Source: Eledone cirrhosa (Eukaryota). From it: a DNA stretch of 64,000 nt. Below, piece after piece: positions 1-14,847 of this stretch. Within the stretch, counting starts at the first letter, position 1. Each line of letters begins with the position of its first letter. Under the pieces are notes generated by a model, which did no database searches, was not told the DNA's origin, and saw only the letters and a program-made list of their open reading frames with translations. The position numbers and the translations under genes were made by a program. The stretch covers positions 307,706,001 to 307,770,000 of the forward strand of contig OZ024741.1 in assembly GCA_964016885.1 (NCBI GenBank), given 5' to 3'.

Positions 1-267
1 TAAAGCCAGCGTAATTTTTTACGTAAGACGCTCAATGTAAACAGAACAAAGGGAAATAACTGATAATTTACGCTCAAAAATCGATACATTATATTCGATT
101 TCGTCACATAGGGTGGGTCAATTTGAAATTATTTTTTTTCCGATGTCTTCGTTAGGGCTCAATGTACAAGTATAGCAATTTCGGTGCAATTCCGTGAGAG
201 ATTCTAAGAGGAGATGTGTGCCAAAAATCGATAGACAGACAGACAACCACAGTTTTATATATATAGA
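1..267 (-). mobile_element. Non-autonomous Helitron, 5' end (continues off the window)
   Basis: Minus strand reads A|TCTATATATATAAAACTGTGGTTGTCTGTCTGTCTATC: 5'-TC start after A plus (GTCT)n, the same 5' architecture as the complete Helitron at 29091-30057. Confidence 0.6.
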
Positions 268-466
268 TAATAACATAATCATAATTATAGTTCGGTATAA
301 CGCTATATATAGTTTGTGCAAATATATGTATATTGTATAATAACATAATCATAATTTAGAGTTCGTTCTTCCCTTGAAGGTAGAACTAATATAATGATTC
401 AATATATAATACATGAACAAATAATAAAAAAAATAATAATTTATAGTCCTATTATTATGATCAATG

Positions 467-540
<74 letters not shown>

Positions 541-541
<1 letters not shown>

Positions 542-1429
542 CTGAAAACTCTGCGTTAATTATTATACTTTAGACACTATAACTATTTAACAATAAATTC
601 CTTGATAGTTATAACAGTAAGTACTTCATAAATTATACATACTGAAAATGTTGACACTGTTACAAGTAATTTTGTTAAAGATTACCTTTGTGTGAATATT
701 GAGCAGTATATATTTTTCTTTCTCGGGCCTAGTAAATCCTTTAAATTTGTTTTCATAAAACTTCGAATTTTAGAAATGTAACACATTTATAAAATTAATA
801 CAAATAACCATCAACTTTTAAAACCTAAAATTTTGATTCTTCACCCTAAAATAACATAAATTAAATATTTTGAAATTTAACTGCCAAGGCTATATGGGTC
901 CGATGAAAATTTGTGCATAAATTACTCCCCTTTATCTCTCCCTCTCTTTAATTATCTATCTGTTGCTTTCTCAAGCTAAAAACTAAAAAAATTATAACTC
1001 CAGATACGTCTTCCTCTATAATCCTACTGTAGTATCCCAGATTTTAAAAACTCTATAACTGTTACATTAAAGCAATGTTTTTCTTACTCACACCTTCTCT
1101 ATTGATTCTATTACGTTTTCGCATGTTCTCTTTATTAGGGTATAAATATTGTGTTTTCTCATAAGTTAATCACTACCTTGATTAAATCTTGACCATCTAA
1201 CATGTCAGGGTATGTCATGTATCATTTTATTTTATCTGATGAGGACGTACTGTTGAACCTGATTCAAGTACCTCTGAAATATGTACAATAAAATTTAATT
1301 GATCACAAGAACATCTATTTTGTTAATATTTGAATTTAATATTAATAACTCTGGAAAATATTTTTCTGTAGAGTGCTTCCAATCTACTGTAAAACTCATT
1401 CTTTGATGTACTCATTGAATCTTGTTTAA

Positions 1430-1432
<3 letters not shown>
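541..1432 (+). mobile_element. (TA)n-flanked Penelope pLTR/retrozyme-like element carrying a hammerhead motif
   Basis: Bounded by (TA)n. Contains TATAAATA (1141), CTGATGA..GAAA (1236-1279) and AATAAA. Its 3' end is repeated inverted across the TA tract (1497-1524). Confidence 0.55.
1230..1293 (+). ncRNA. Type I hammerhead ribozyme motif (cleavage triplet apparently mutated)
   Basis: ttttat-CTGATGA-stem II (gtac/ttgaa..ttcaa/gtac)-GAAA-tatgtaca-ataaaa; stem I TTTTAT/ATAAAA. Confidence 0.6.
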
Positions 1433-1498
<66 letters not shown>

Positions 1499-2025
1499 GT
1501 TAAACAAGATTCAATGAGTACATCACCGAGCATTATAATAAATGTTCGGTGAATCCATACGTACATATATATATGTGTGTATGTATGTATATATATATAC
1601 ATACTACTGTACGTCTGTATACATATATGTACGTATACATACTTATATTTAAGTAACAGCCGTACTAAGAGTGAGAAATGAAATTTCGTTTCATTTTTTC
1701 CGTTTATATATATATATATAGTAATAATAATAAATATATATATAATATATATATATGAAATCAATTTAATTTAATTAAATTGAGGGAGTCACGTCCGAGA
1801 CATGCGCCATAGCCACCGTAGAATAAGCTCAAAGATCTCAATGAATAGATCCGAGCATTTTATATCAACTAGAAATTGATTGACATATATATATATTTAA
1901 AATAAACACATGAAACAATCACAGGGGATAATTTGTAAAGTGTGTAATCACACATAGTTATGTAGGTAACTAATTAAAGTTAAACTAGAGCTTCAAATAT
2001 TACCTTTTAAAAAATGATTAATCCT

Positions 2026-2108
2026 CCTTGTATATATTTCATTAAAGAAATATATTTCACCGTTAATCCGTAAAGTCATAATAGTCAAATCTTGGATCTT
2101 CAACAAGG
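2026..2108 (-). ncRNA. Type I hammerhead motif (C3U core variant)
   Basis: Minus: ccttg-TTGAAGA...GAAA, stem III ATATATTTC/GAAATATAT, A then caagg (stem I CCTTG/CAAGG). Stem II pairing is weak. Confidence 0.55.
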
Positions 2109-2319
2109 GGGAAGATTTAACGATATGTGCTTACACATCTAATGCAAATCTGCGAGTGAGCCATCGCACGTGTTGCATTTCTAAAACTTCCAACAACATG
2201 CTAGCGTCACCACATTGGCGTGAATAAACGGCTCCTTAATTGTAGAGCTTATTCAGTTGAACAGACCGGGCTGCTATTTATAGCTGTCGATCACCCTATT
2301 CACGGAAAAAATGAAATTT

Positions 2320-2375
<56 letters not shown>

Positions 2376-2459
2376 GCCAATCAGTGTAAGTGTTAATCTC
2401 ACTGACATGCAAAAATATATATATAGGAATAAGGTAAGCCCAAATCATAGTAGATTCAA

Positions 2460-2582
<123 letters not shown>

Positions 2583-2792
2583 GTAGAGAGAGAGATAGGG
2601 CGGGGGGAATGAGGTAGAACAGAAATGAAACATGGATTACAGGTTGAAATATAGTCTAGATAGATTAGAAACAAAACGAGGATGTAGTTTATAGAACACC
2701 CAAATGATTTAGAAGTCGGCCTTAAGTAGGAGCAATAACATTAAGAAAGACATGAACGACACCACAACACTTTGTTTTGAAAATTTTGAAAG

Positions 2793-3086
2793 TAGGTTTA
2801 TAAGTATGAATTTTCATAAGATTTTCGTAGTTGTCTCGGTGGCCGAGCGGTAGGTACTAGAGACGGTGGAGATCCTGAACTTGGCTTCAATCATCGTTTA
2901 GGGATACATGTAACCTTTTTCAGTTTTTATTTTACAGCCAAACGAAAAAACTGAAGAGTTTTACCGGGCACCCTACTCCCGACCAGGATCGAACTTCAGC
3001 CAGGATCACCTCCGTCTATGATTCCTCCAACTAAGCCACTAAGACAGCTACAAAAACGTAGTGAAAATTGATAATTATAAATCTAT
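2793..3086. repeat. Diverged inverted pair of tRNA-like (A/B box) sequences
   Basis: 2793-2930 is an imperfect reverse complement of 2945-3086. A-box-like GTGGCCGAGCG on plus; B-box GTTCGATCC on the minus arm. Confidence 0.5.
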
Positions 3087-3437
3087 TAGCAATACTTAGT
3101 AATATTTAGGGTTGACTTCTGGTCATTATTGAAAGTCTCTGGATTTCGCAAAATACATAATTTTTTTTTTTTTTAGAAGGTAAGATATTTTTCCGCAAAA
3201 ATTTGATTGCACTGTTTTGTTTACCCTTATGTTTTTTTCGAAAACGTTATTTATTCATTATCAAAATTAAATGATAGCATTCTATATGTAGGTGGGCCCC
3301 CTTCATCTCCTGGCAACCAATATTTTTAGAACCAGTCCGCCACTGTATACATATATATATATATAATATAAAAAATATATGTTGATTTAATACTTCACTG
3401 CTCGCAAGTGTTTTTTAAGCTTCATATCATGTCTCTC

Positions 3438-3508
3438 TATTTTATCTGATGAGAACGCAAATATCATCCCATGATGATATTTGTTTTTGAAATGCGCATA
3501 ATAAAATA
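3438..3508 (+). ncRNA. Intact type I hammerhead ribozyme
   Basis: Stem I TATTTTAT/ATAAAATA; CTGATGA; stem II CAAATATCATC/GATGATATTTG; GAAA; palindromic stem III ATGCGCAT; AUA cleavage at 3500. The host element (~3365-3630) is flanked by (TA)n. Confidence 0.8.
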
Positions 3509-3842
3509 CATGGAACTCTTTTAACCATCTTTCGATTTTATATTATTTATACTCCAGTCCTGTAAACTGTTGAGTGCTACTTATCCGATATTTGCATTGC
3601 TTTATTGTGCTACAATAAAACTCACCTCATATATATATATATATGCAGAGTGAGAGAGAGACAGAAGGTAATGCCAGACGGTTGAGCTCACGCTGTTTCA
3701 ACGGCGTGAGCTTAGCTGTCAGGTACAAACTAGTCATTATATATACAATCTACAATCTCGAGCATCACATACTTAGCTGAACATGGTCTTACTAGTCTAA
3801 AAATCTAAACTAGTAACTCTCAATCTATCTATCTATATCTAA

Positions 3843-3879
<37 letters not shown>

Positions 3880-4486
3880 CAATTATGCCCCGCTATATCG
3901 TGGTTCACTTTTTGCGGTCCCGCTACATCGCGGATTTTTTTTTTAAACCTATCTAATTTCCTATCGCGGTAATCCTCGCTACATCGCGGATTTTTCATTA
4001 GAACATATCTATTTTCGTATCACGATACGTACGTCTGAATAAAAGTGTTTAAAATTTAAACTTATTGAATAAGTTTCGATGTGATTGAAGTGTAAAACTT
4101 TAACTATAAAATATATGTTTTTATTTTTCATTCCATTACTGTTTTACTGATTGTGTTTTTCTCTGATCTACTACGAACCCTACATAGATTGGCGGGAGAT
4201 GTGCAGTGTATTACCAAGTGGCTAACGTGGTTGGTAATGGTCGTCATTAGTAACTAGTGGTACGATCGTTGGTGGTAGTTTCTATACGATCGTTACTGGC
4301 TGTCTTTGTGTTTAAATACTAAAGTGTGTTTTAATGAGTTCATATGTACTTAAAGCATGTAGGAGAGGTATTTTAAGGCTTAAACTATGAAAACAACGGT
4401 TGCCTTTATGGTCTTTCTATATCACGGATTTTTTTATTTATCGCGGTTGGTTCGGGAACGTATCCCCCGCGATAAACGGGAGATTA

Positions 4487-4489
<3 letters not shown>
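3880..4489. mobile_element. pogo/Tigger-like (Tc1/mariner superfamily) MITE
   Basis: Imperfect TIRs CAATTATGCCCCGCTATATCGTGG and rc CAGTAATCTCCCGTTTATCGCGG; subterminal repeats (cgctacatcgcggattttt); TA flank; no ORF. Confidence 0.65.
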
Positions 4490-4582
<93 letters not shown>

Positions 4583-4612
4583 GGGTTTGGATGGCACCAC
4601 CCATATATACTC

Positions 4613-4700
4613 GCATATATGAAGAGTTCTCGATTAAGAGGCGGGATCTGATTGCCTGATCAAACGCGAACTGATCGATATCGAAACAGTTGTAATATGC
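4613..4700 (+). ncRNA. Type I hammerhead motif (C3A)
   Basis: Stem I GCATAT/ATATGC; aTGAAGA; long stem II (tcgatta/tgatcga); GAAA; stem III ACAGTTGT; GUA site; followed by AATAAA. Confidence 0.55.
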
Positions 4701-4780
4701 AATAAAGTTTCATAACAAGCTGAAAACCTGACTTCTCATTCTCTTTCTCTCTGTATCTATCTATCTATCTATATATATAT

Positions 4781-5103
4781 TATAATGAAATGACAGGAGG
4801 CTGGATTTGTGTAAATCCTTAAAGGTTTATTATACTATGATCATATCAATGACCGGGTTCCGTATGAATCCGGTGATATCATCAGGTATTCCGACCGGCT
4901 AAGATAGATGGTGCAAGATAGCGGTCGCCCTCGGGTCCTCGATTTTCAGCCCCATGGATTTTATCTATTACATTCACGTATTATATTTCGAATACCTGAT
5001 GATATCACCGGATTCATACGGAACCCGGTCATTGAAATGATCATAGTATAATAAACCTTTCAAGGATTTACACAAATCCAGCCTCCTGTCATTTCATTAT
5101 AAT
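4781..5103. mobile_element. Inverted pLTR-like pair (~110-bp arms), each arm with a hammerhead
   Basis: 4781-4890 is the reverse complement of 4991-5103 with few mismatches; TA flanks; element continues to ~5245. Confidence 0.7.
4992..5049 (+). ncRNA. Type I hammerhead ribozyme, intact core
   Basis: ATAC-CTGATGA-stem II (accgg..ccggt)-GAAA-palindrome ATGATCAT-A|GTAT. The minus-arm copy has GATA instead of GAAA. Confidence 0.75.
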
Positions 5104-5242
5104 ATTTAACTCCGTACTAGCACCACCAATTACAAAAACAAAGAGGGTTGAACTGCTTTACGTTGAGTACTCTCTATATTATTACATTACGATTGACCAT
5201 ACGGAATAGACCAGCTCTATACAGTGGTGAACCACAAACCTG

Positions 5243-5354
<112 letters not shown>

Positions 5355-5691
5355 TATATGCACACACACACATACCCGATTTTACATTTGCACCGATCTG
5401 AACACCTGTCTTTTTTATGTTGTATATTTGCATGGTCCGTAACCTAGGTGCTATAACAAGGTCATCGATGAAATGATTAACCGACACAAATCAGAACTGG
5501 AATTATTATGATCGATTACATACGCTACACCAGTATGGCCTGAGTTCAATGACTGAATCTAGAAAAGGAACAAAAGAATGTATGTAATTTGTAAGTTTGT
5601 CAAGTGTATTTTATATATGTATATGTATCTATCGATTTATATATCTATATATATATATTTGTGTGTGTGTTTGTATGAGTTTGTGTGTGTG

Positions 5692-5721
<30 letters not shown>

Positions 5722-5723
<2 letters not shown>

Positions 5724-5915
5724 GGAAAATGTTTAACCCCGGCGGCAGAGCTCAAGCCGTTTCGACGGCTATTTTTCTAGACAGAAATAGCCGTCGAAAC
5801 GCCCTGAGCTCTCCCGTCGGGGTTAAACATTTTCCTATTACCCACTCTACTACCCTAAGTATTGAGTACTCTGGTGCGTTATGGTCCATCTGGTTCCTTA
5901 CCTTACTTCCTTCGT
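5722..5915 (+). mobile_element. (TA)n-inserted short element with 5' foldback (copies at 20985-21180, 30848-30910, 49232-49415)
   Basis: Palindrome 5722-5838. Shared body 'attacccactctactaccctaagtattgagtactctggtgcgttatggtcc'. Carries the 3' half of a hammerhead (GAAA-stem III-GTC|GGGG). Confidence 0.7.
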
Positions 5916-5935
5916 TATATATATATATGTATATA

Positions 5936-5973
<38 letters not shown>

Positions 5974-6014
5974 AGTATGTATGTATACTAAGAGTGAGAA
6001 ATGAAATTTCGTTT

Positions 6015-6106
<92 letters not shown>

Positions 6107-6537
6107 TGCCCCCTCGTTATCGAGTATGGCCATTGCACGATATACCATTATTAATTAATTCTATCGTAGAATGTCTGTGCGTGAAGATATAATTTTAAAG
6201 TGTGGAAAGACTGTGTACTGAGCCAATCCCACTCTCTGAGCGACAGTAGCTATAACCCGAAAAGAAGAAAAGATCAACATCATCGGTAACTATTGAGCCG
6301 TAGGTTTTATATCAGAGTTATCTTAGTTTCCTGAGTTGCTTTCTCCTAGAAGAATGACCTGGCAAAGGCTAGGGGTCCTTCACTCCCAGTTGTTTAACCA
6401 CGCGGTACATGTGTATATACATATTTACACACTTTTGGATGGCCGTTGACACTTATAGGTTCTTCCGCCCTTTGTCAGGTTTTGTTTTTTGTCCTGCAGG
6501 GTGTCCAAAATTATATATATATATACATACATATATT

Positions 6538-6672
<135 letters not shown>

Positions 6673-6675
6673 TAT

Positions 6676-8146
<1,471 letters not shown>

Positions 8147-8194
8147 CACAGGAGAATAATATAATACATTAATGATGTTAGTTCAAAAGCGTAG

Positions 8195-8355
8195 AATAGT
8201 TGGAAAATAGGCGGCAAAGTCGTTAGAACGTCGGATATAATGCTTTGTGGTATTCTTTTCTGTTCTCTTTTCTCTGAGTTCAAATCCTGCCGACATCAAC
8301 TTTGTCTTTCATTCAATCGAGGTCGATAAAATGTACCAGTCAAGTACTGGTGTCG
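8195..8355 (+). mobile_element. tRNA-derived SINE (Nin-domain family), diverged
   Basis: gagttcaaatcctgccgacatcaactttgtctttcattc...gtcgataaaatgtaccagt. Confidence 0.7.
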
Positions 8356-8685
8356 GTTCTTGCTCTATATATCTTTCTCACTTCCATTCTCTCACTCTTT
8401 CTATCATTCTCTGGAAGACATCTAATGTGTTCAGACCTGGATAGAGGGGCCTCGCCAGGTTTTTTAATGCATTAGTATGTCAATACGGCGCAGCTACGAC
8501 TCCTACAAGAGTTACGGGATCACACATGCATGCATAGTTGGAAAATATTCATAACATATCAGAAGTGTGTATGTTTGTGAGAGAGAAGAAATAGGAAGAT
8601 AAACGTAAGTAAGTAAAAAAACGCAATCAGGAGAAAGGTAGATAGAAGAAAAGCATGTGCTTTTGTTATATAGACATGCACACAC

Positions 8686-8757
<72 letters not shown>

Positions 8758-8854
8758 ACCCACACACCCACCCACACACACACACATACAGACAGACACA
8801 CACATACATGCACACACACACACACTTGCACACAAACACACGCAGTCATACATA

Positions 8855-9550
8855 CGAGGGTCTGCTGAGAAGTTCATAGCCTGACCAAGAGACTTTCATG
8901 GAATGAGACTAAATGAGGTTTATTTTTCAACGTAGTTCCCGTTGCGGCCAACACACTTCTTCTATCCGTGTTACGGTACGTGGATCACATTGGTGAAGAA
9001 GATCTCATCCTGTCAGTAAAAAGCCTCATCCTCGTTGCGATACTGGTTCCCAGCCAAAGGTTGTTTTATGCGGGGGAGCAGATGATATTGAGATGGGGAC
9101 AAATCAAGAGAATGGGGAGAAGATCAACCAGTTCAAAGCCACAGTCTCGCACAGCAGCCATTGAAGCCAATGACTTCTATGCTGGAGCACTGTGCTCACG
9201 AAACACGACCTTTTTTCAGTTTTCCTGGGAATTTTGCATTGATAGCCTTTCGTAGCTACTTGAGCAAGTTCGCATAGTACTCTCTATTGATGGTGTGACC
9301 CTTTTGAAATCAATAATCACAGCGCCTTTTGCATCCCAGAAAATTGAGAACATAACCTTCCCTACAGATTAAACGGCATTGGCCTTCTTTGGAGCAGGTG
9401 AAGAGGGTTGTTTCCACTGCACGGATTGTCTCTTTGTCTCTTGCTCAAAGTGATGAACCCAAAACTCATCCTGGTTTAGGAAACCAATTGCAGCGGTCTC
9501 AAACAGTGTCAGATCAGCCTGGTGTGCTTTTGATCAATTATCAGAATTCC
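8855..9550 (-). pseudogene. Mariner transposon 3' relic (degenerate transposase plus one TIR)
   Basis: TA|CGAGGGTCTGCTGAGAAGTTC TIR. Minus-strand translation gives 'KKCVGRNGNYVEK*' and 'GFELVD..SLDLSPSQYHL' (HPPYSPDLAPSD motif), with stops and frameshifts. Confidence 0.8.
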
Positions 9551-10252
9551 CATAGAGGAATCAGGGAAGAAGAGGTGGTAAGGCTATCTACACATATACA
9601 CATGGCAACTATAATATGTAACAGGAAATTTGCGAGGTGAGTAGTGGTTATTTGATGGTACAATGAAGGTAACAGGTGGTTATACTAGGTGAGGGGTGGG
9701 AGAGTGGGGTGTTGGCTAAAGGTCTCTGCATATGGCAACCCAGGGAAGTGCGGGTGTTTGTGCAGGGGTTTGTAGGGTGAGGCTTAGTCCAAGTACTGGT
9801 CGCTGCGCGGGTTTAAATGTCTAGTGGTTTAGATTCCCGCGCTTGGTCGGTGTGGATTATTAGCCTCCAGGATCGTTTGTTAGTCTGAAGCATAAGCACG
9901 ATATTTGTATGCGATACCATGCATTTGATCACTATTTCAGATTTATCTATTTATTTATATATACGCATACATACGATTACGTGAAAACGGAATACTCTAC
10001 CCTATGTCGTACCTTTCTTGGGATGAAGAGGAGGTCCCCTCAACTTATGCTTGGACGAAGAGAGAGAGAGAGGGAGCTAGAGAGAGATGGAAATCAGACA
10101 GTGGTGACGGCTAGTGTTCAACGAGGCCTTCGAAACTGCTTGGCGTCGCGGTTGGGTTTTTACTTTTCTCTATACCCACGCTGCATCTTCCCATGCATTG
10201 GCTACTCCCATGATTTGTGGTCGCCCCAGTTTCAGCATACACACACACACAC

Positions 10253-10327
<75 letters not shown>

Positions 10328-11958
10328 CACATATGTGTGTGCCGGTGCCCATTTCGATGCGTATATGTATATGTGCATATGGTAGTGTTCACATCTTGTG
10401 TAATAGTTCTTGTATAAGGTCATTCATCGAAAAGCGTGTATATATATATATATATATATATATACTATTGGAAATACACGCATACAAATATGGACACATA
10501 CTTACATACATACATACACAAGTACATACATACACACACACGTACATACATACACACGTACATACATACACACACACATACATAGACACATACATACATG
10601 CATACATACATAGATACATACATACACACACACATACATGCATACATACACACATACATACACACATACATGCATGCATACATACATACAAACATACATA
10701 TATCTATGTATTCCAACTCATATATTTAAACACGTGCCTTCTTAATTGCTTTCATGCTTTTCTAAACACGTGTTAAGTATCCATTGTGATATTTAAAGGA
10801 AGGACAGACCGAACGTGCGTGTTAGTGTCTATGTACGTTTGTGGGTGTTTGACTGTGTGTGTTTGTGTGTGTGTGTCTGTGTATGCGCGCGTGTTTGTGT
10901 GTGTGTGTGTATGTGAATGTTTGTCTTTTTGTGTGTGTTTGTGTGTTTGTGTTTGTTGGTGTTTGACTGTGTGCGTGTGTGTGTGTATGTCTGTGTGTTT
11001 GTGTGTCTTTGTATGGATGCATGTTTATGTGTGAGTGTGTGTGTGTAAGTGGATGTTTGTCTTTTTGTGTGTGTTTGTGTGTTTGTGTTTGTGGGTGTGT
11101 AGGGTGGGTGTCTCTGTGTGTGTGTGTGTGTCTCTGTGTATGCATGCGTGCGTGTTTGTGTGTGTATGTGGATGTTTGTTTGTGTGTGTCTGTGTGCTTA
11201 CGTGTGTGTGAGAAAGAGAGAGAGAGCGGGGCGAGAGCTATATATGATCTATCTCATCATGCACGATTTTTAGCTGCCGCAGTAGGATAGTGGTTTATAC
11301 ACACGTGTTGCTGCGTGAATATGTTACACGGCTTTGATATCACGCGTGCTGGACCCTTATACTATTGTCAGCTTTTTTAATGAATCCCTTTGTTCTTTTG
11401 CAGAGCCTCGAACGGAGATGTTGATTGTTGCCACCGAAGCGAATCGTCTTCGGTTCATATTTCGTCAACAGCCAGCGACGTTTCTATGCGTTGTGTTTTA
11501 ATGTCAATACTGTTGAATCTAAAATGGCGCCGTATGGTTAATTCGTACTTTAATCATGATCGTTAGCTTTATTATATTAGAAAGAATAAATATATAAATA
11601 ATAAAAAATATATAAAAATCAATTATATATTATTATTATTATTTTTCCAGTTTCAATTATTTTGTAACTTCTATGATTGTAATGTTCATTGTGTTATACA
11701 GGCAAGTCTTATGGCCGATAAAGAAATTATTATTATTATTTTTATTTTATTTTTTTTAATTGTTTTTCCTTTTCATTCAGTATTGCTTCTGATATACGCC
11801 GAGTGCCTTCTTGACACCTAGGGCAAATAAATTCATTGTATACATTGGTAAGCCTTTTAATACACCATATTGAATATAATTTACAGCTTATTCTTACAAA
11901 GTGATATCATTCTTACAAAGATAGTGCTCTACTCAAGCACACACACAACCACACAGGA

Positions 11959-12175
<217 letters not shown>

Positions 12176-12177
<2 letters not shown>

Positions 12178-14752
12178 AGCTGCATTTATCTTGCTTTATG
12201 TTCATACGAGTTATCACCAAGTCACAACCAGTGACCTCAAGAGACAACAAGGTCCGCCATGTTCAAGAAAGAACATACATACTCACACATGCATCTTTAG
12301 TGTTTAGACTTGTGATGTACTTATATTGACAGAATCTTCCTTAGTATATGGGCAGTTCCCATTAGTACTATCTTTTGTATTTCTCCTATACGTGGGATTC
12401 CTGGGATTTGCGATAAGTAATCATTAGACCCCTTAGGTATCATTCCCAGAGCGCCTACAACCACTGGTATTGTTTTAGTTCTCAATTTCCACATTTTTCC
12501 AATTTCTATCTCCAGGTCCTTATACTTGCTCAATTTTTCAAATGTTTTTATAGATACATTCTTGTCTATTGGAACGGACATATCAATTAGCAGGCATACC
12601 CTCTTTTTAAAGTCCTTCAATATTATATCAGGTCTGTTTGCATCTATTTTTCGGTCTGTTTGGATGCTAAAGTTCCACAAGATTGAGATGTGATCTTTTT
12701 CAAGTATGGGAGGTGGTTGATGCTCCCACCAATTCTTTTGATGGGGCAGGTCAAAATGCTTACACATTATCCAATGTATGTATTGTGCAGCTCTGTCATG
12801 CCTGTTTAGGTATTTGGCTGGAGCTATAGGACTGCACATTGAAATTATATGGTCAATGGTCTCTGGTTGTTTTTTGCATACACGGCATAATGGCCTGCAT
12901 CCATTTTTTATTATGTTGGCTTGGTAATTTTTTGTTGGCAGACACTGATCTTGTGCTGATATAATCAGTCCTTCAGTCTCCGATTTCAGTCCAGAGGATG
13001 CCAGCCACTGATGGGTTAAAGTTTTGTCAACATCAGGATTGTTAGCTCGTTCTGGGTATTTTCCATACAGAGGCTTTTTTGGCCATTTCTTAGCCAGTTT
13101 CTGTAGCAGTTCTTTCTTTGCAGTTACTTTTACCTGCTTTGCTTTTTCTGTGTTTTCCATTTCAGCAGTAAATGGGACTTCTGAAATTTGTAATCCATTA
13201 CTGTATCTTTGTGCATCTTTTGTAATGGAGTATGATCTTTTGATGCTTTCGTGTTTCAAAACGAGTTTGATCATCCAATCATGTGATTCCCTTAGATATG
13301 TAGATAATCCAATTGTTGCAGTTTTCAACGCAATGTCTAACTGGATTAACCCACGTCCTCCTTCTTTCCTAGGGAGATATATTCTATCTGTATCTGCCTT
13401 AGGGTGATGCATTCTGTGCATGGTTAAGAATTTTCGAATTTTTGTATCGAGCCTACGGATCTCTGTGCTTGACCAGTTGATGACATTGTAACTGTAGGTT
13501 ACTACTGGTATGGCAAGCGTGTTTATGGCATCGATCCTATTCCTTGCATTCAATTCCGTTCTTAAGATTGCTCTTACTCTGCGGTAACATTCCTTCCTTA
13601 TCCTTTCCCTCATTGTCGAGTGCTTGATTCCGTCTCCTTCACAAACACCTAGATATTTGTAAGTTTTTTCTTGATCAAGTTCTCTTATCACATTCCCCCG
13701 ATCAAGGTTAATGTCCGAGCTCTTCAGCAGCTTTCCTCTGGTGAACGTTGCTTTGGCGCATTTATCTAGTCCAAAGTCCATTTTAATGTCATCACTGAAC
13801 TGCTCCACAGTGGATAATAGCCCTTGTAATTGTTCATCATTTTTTGTAAATAGTTTCAGGTCATCCATGTAGAACAAGTGATTAATGGTTTTGTCATAGA
13901 CTCTATATCCATGTTTTGTTTCATTGAGCATTTTACTTAATGGTATAAGTGCGATGCAGAATAAAAGCGGTGATAAAGAGTCACCCTGAAAAATTCCACA
14001 ATTAATATTAACTTCTCCAGCTTCCAGTGATTTTGTTTCACTATTCAAAAGGAGTGTCGTTTTCCATGTTTTCATACTGAATGACAAAAACCTCCTGACA
14101 ACGGGGGATATTTTGAAAATCTCTAAACATTTTTCAATCCAACTGTGTGGCAAACTATCGAATGCTTTTTTATAATCTATCCAAGCAATTGATAGATTTT
14201 TGTGTTTATTATGACAATCTTCCAGTATCATTTTGTTAACCAAAAGCTGATCCTTACAGCCATATGAGCCTCGTTTACACCCTTTCTGCTCAATGGGAAA
14301 TAGGTCATTTGTTATCAGGTGGTCATATGTATATTCAGTTAGGACTGATGTTAAAATTTTATACATTGTGGTCAAGCAAGTTATCGGTCTGTAATTTTTG
14401 GGATTGTTTGTCTCATCATTCTTCGGAAGCAGGAATGTAATGCCGTTAACTAGCCATGATGGTATTTTTTCTGGCTCCTTAACTATTTCTTTGTAAAGTT
14501 GGGCTAACAGCTCATGAGACTCTGTGAAGGCATTTATCCAAAAATTTTGTATTTTGTCTTTTCCTGGGGATTTCCATTTGCTGGTTTTTCTTAGAGCCAA
14601 GCGCAACTGTTCAACTGTTATATTTTCCCATACTTGTTCCTCGAGGTGAGCTGTATCTTTCATTTGTCTGTCTATCCATGGGGCATGTATGTTATGAACT
14701 TTTTCTTCGGCCAAGATCTTTTCCCAGAATTCTTGCACTTCCTCTTTGGGTG
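12176..14752 (-). mobile_element. 5'-truncated R4/Dong-clade non-LTR retrotransposon inserted in (TAA)n
   Basis: RT plus CCHC plus restriction-like endonuclease; ~145-bp 3'UTR; (TAA)n on both sides, the known Dong target. Confidence 0.9.
12321..14752 (-). CDS. Reverse transcriptase-CCHC-RLE polyprotein (N-terminally truncated, uninterrupted frame)
   Basis: KSPGKDKI, NYRPITCL, IDYKKAFDS, GIFQGDSLSPLLF, FYMDDLKL, YKYLG; CRVC..ETIDHIISMC; RHD; RPDII..D..K. The poly-Ile N-terminus in the ORF track is microsatellite. Confidence 0.9.
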
Positions 14753-14845
<93 letters not shown>

Positions 14846-14847
<2 letters not shown>

